Assembly: GCA_000503875.1 (NCBI GenBank) | Contig: CP006913.1 | Span: 990,001-1,022,000 of the forward strand | Direction of reading: 5' to 3' | DNA: 32,000 nt | From: Candidatus Saccharimonadota bacterium | GTDB lineage: Bacteria > Patescibacteriota > Gracilibacteria > Absconditabacterales > Absconditicoccaceae | Shown here: positions 31,615 to 32,000 of the stretch, one piece after another | Numbering within the stretch: position 1 is the first letter of the stretch | Layout of the letters: each line of letters begins with the position of its first letter | Notes under the pieces: generated by a model | Seen by the model: only the letters and a program-made list of their open reading frames with translations | Databases searched by the model: none | What the model was told of the DNA's origin: nothing | Program-made: the position numbers and the translations under genes

Positions 31615-31836
31615 TTAATTATTTATTTCATCATTCACTTCTTGAAGTCCTTCTGAAACATCTTCTTTAACATCACTAATACCCTCTACAACTTCGCCTT
31701 TAACATCAATCATTTCTTCTTTAGCTTCTCCTGCTGCATCATTATATGCATTTTTAACAGCATCTTTGTAAAAATATAAAATTCATCCAGCAATAATAAG
31801 GATAATCACCAAGATAATAATAAGCGTTTTTTTCAT
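31615..31836 (-). CDS. Small N-terminally anchored, acidic helical protein
   Basis: MKKTLIIILVIILIIAGGILYFYKDAVKNAYNDAAGEAKEEMIDVKGEVVEG.... One TGA. TAA at 31615-31617. Confidence 0.5.
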
Positions 31837-32000
31837 AGGAAAGTATTTATAAATAAAGGTGCCATTAGCACTAAGCTAACTGTACCCTTTAGGAAGAGTT
31901 AGTCAACAGTGTTAAATTACAAAGAAAGATATCAAATACTGGAATATTTTTATCCTATAATTTTTGCATCCTTTTTACATTTTATCCGCATACTGCAAAC

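Noticed and set aside
1-32000. TGA=Trp (translation table 4, Mycoplasma-like) as the explanation for in-frame TGA.
   Set aside because: TGA aligns with invariant Gly (TGDGxNDxPAL, MITGDN, SYGG, KMSKxxGN, the Nudix-box G, the lipobox G), not with Trp columns. The Trp columns are filled by TGG and CGA instead.

Overview
AT-rich, densely coding chromosomal segment that looks like a Candidate Phyla Radiation bacterium of the Absconditabacteria (SR1) / Gracilibacteria type. The standard-code ORF track is misleading. In-frame TGA falls on invariant glycines (translation table 25). CGA falls on invariant tryptophans in at least six housekeeping proteins, while conserved arginines use AGA/AGG/CGT/CGC. 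I re-translated by hand with TGA=Gly and checked reading frames codon by codon; the fragmented ORFs then fuse into about 38 intact genes. These are: murC (partial), several lipoproteins and membrane proteins, a DUF59 Fe-S protein, an HD hydrolase, two T4SS-pilin-like paralogs plus a stand-alone VirB4-N-terminal-like protein, an FtsW/RodA SEDS protein, a P2-type cation ATPase, tgt, a cytochrome-b5-like lipoprotein, leuS, an MFS transporter, an orphan GAF hybrid histidine kinase, a copper module (csoR with promoter and operator, a secreted Cys/His protein, an HMA-DsbD_2-cupredoxin fusion, a long copA), mscL, a flavodoxin, tRNA-Ser(GGA), a RelA/SpoT-domain (toxSAS-like) protein, DUF2461 and small secreted proteins. 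No CRISPR array, transposase, integrase or rRNA was seen. Items most worth follow-up: (1) the CGA->Trp sense-codon reassignment on top of UGA->Gly; (2) a complete Nudix hydrolase domain inserted inside LeuRS; (3) CopA carrying an extra TM helix and a duplicated extracytoplasmic C-terminal domain; (4) a RelA/SpoT-like gene next to the tRNA, preceded by three ~91-bp tandem repeats and a relatively GC-rich ORF-free stretch; (5) a histidine kinase whose codon usage disagrees with the recoding. Product calls rest on remembered family motifs, not on database searches.
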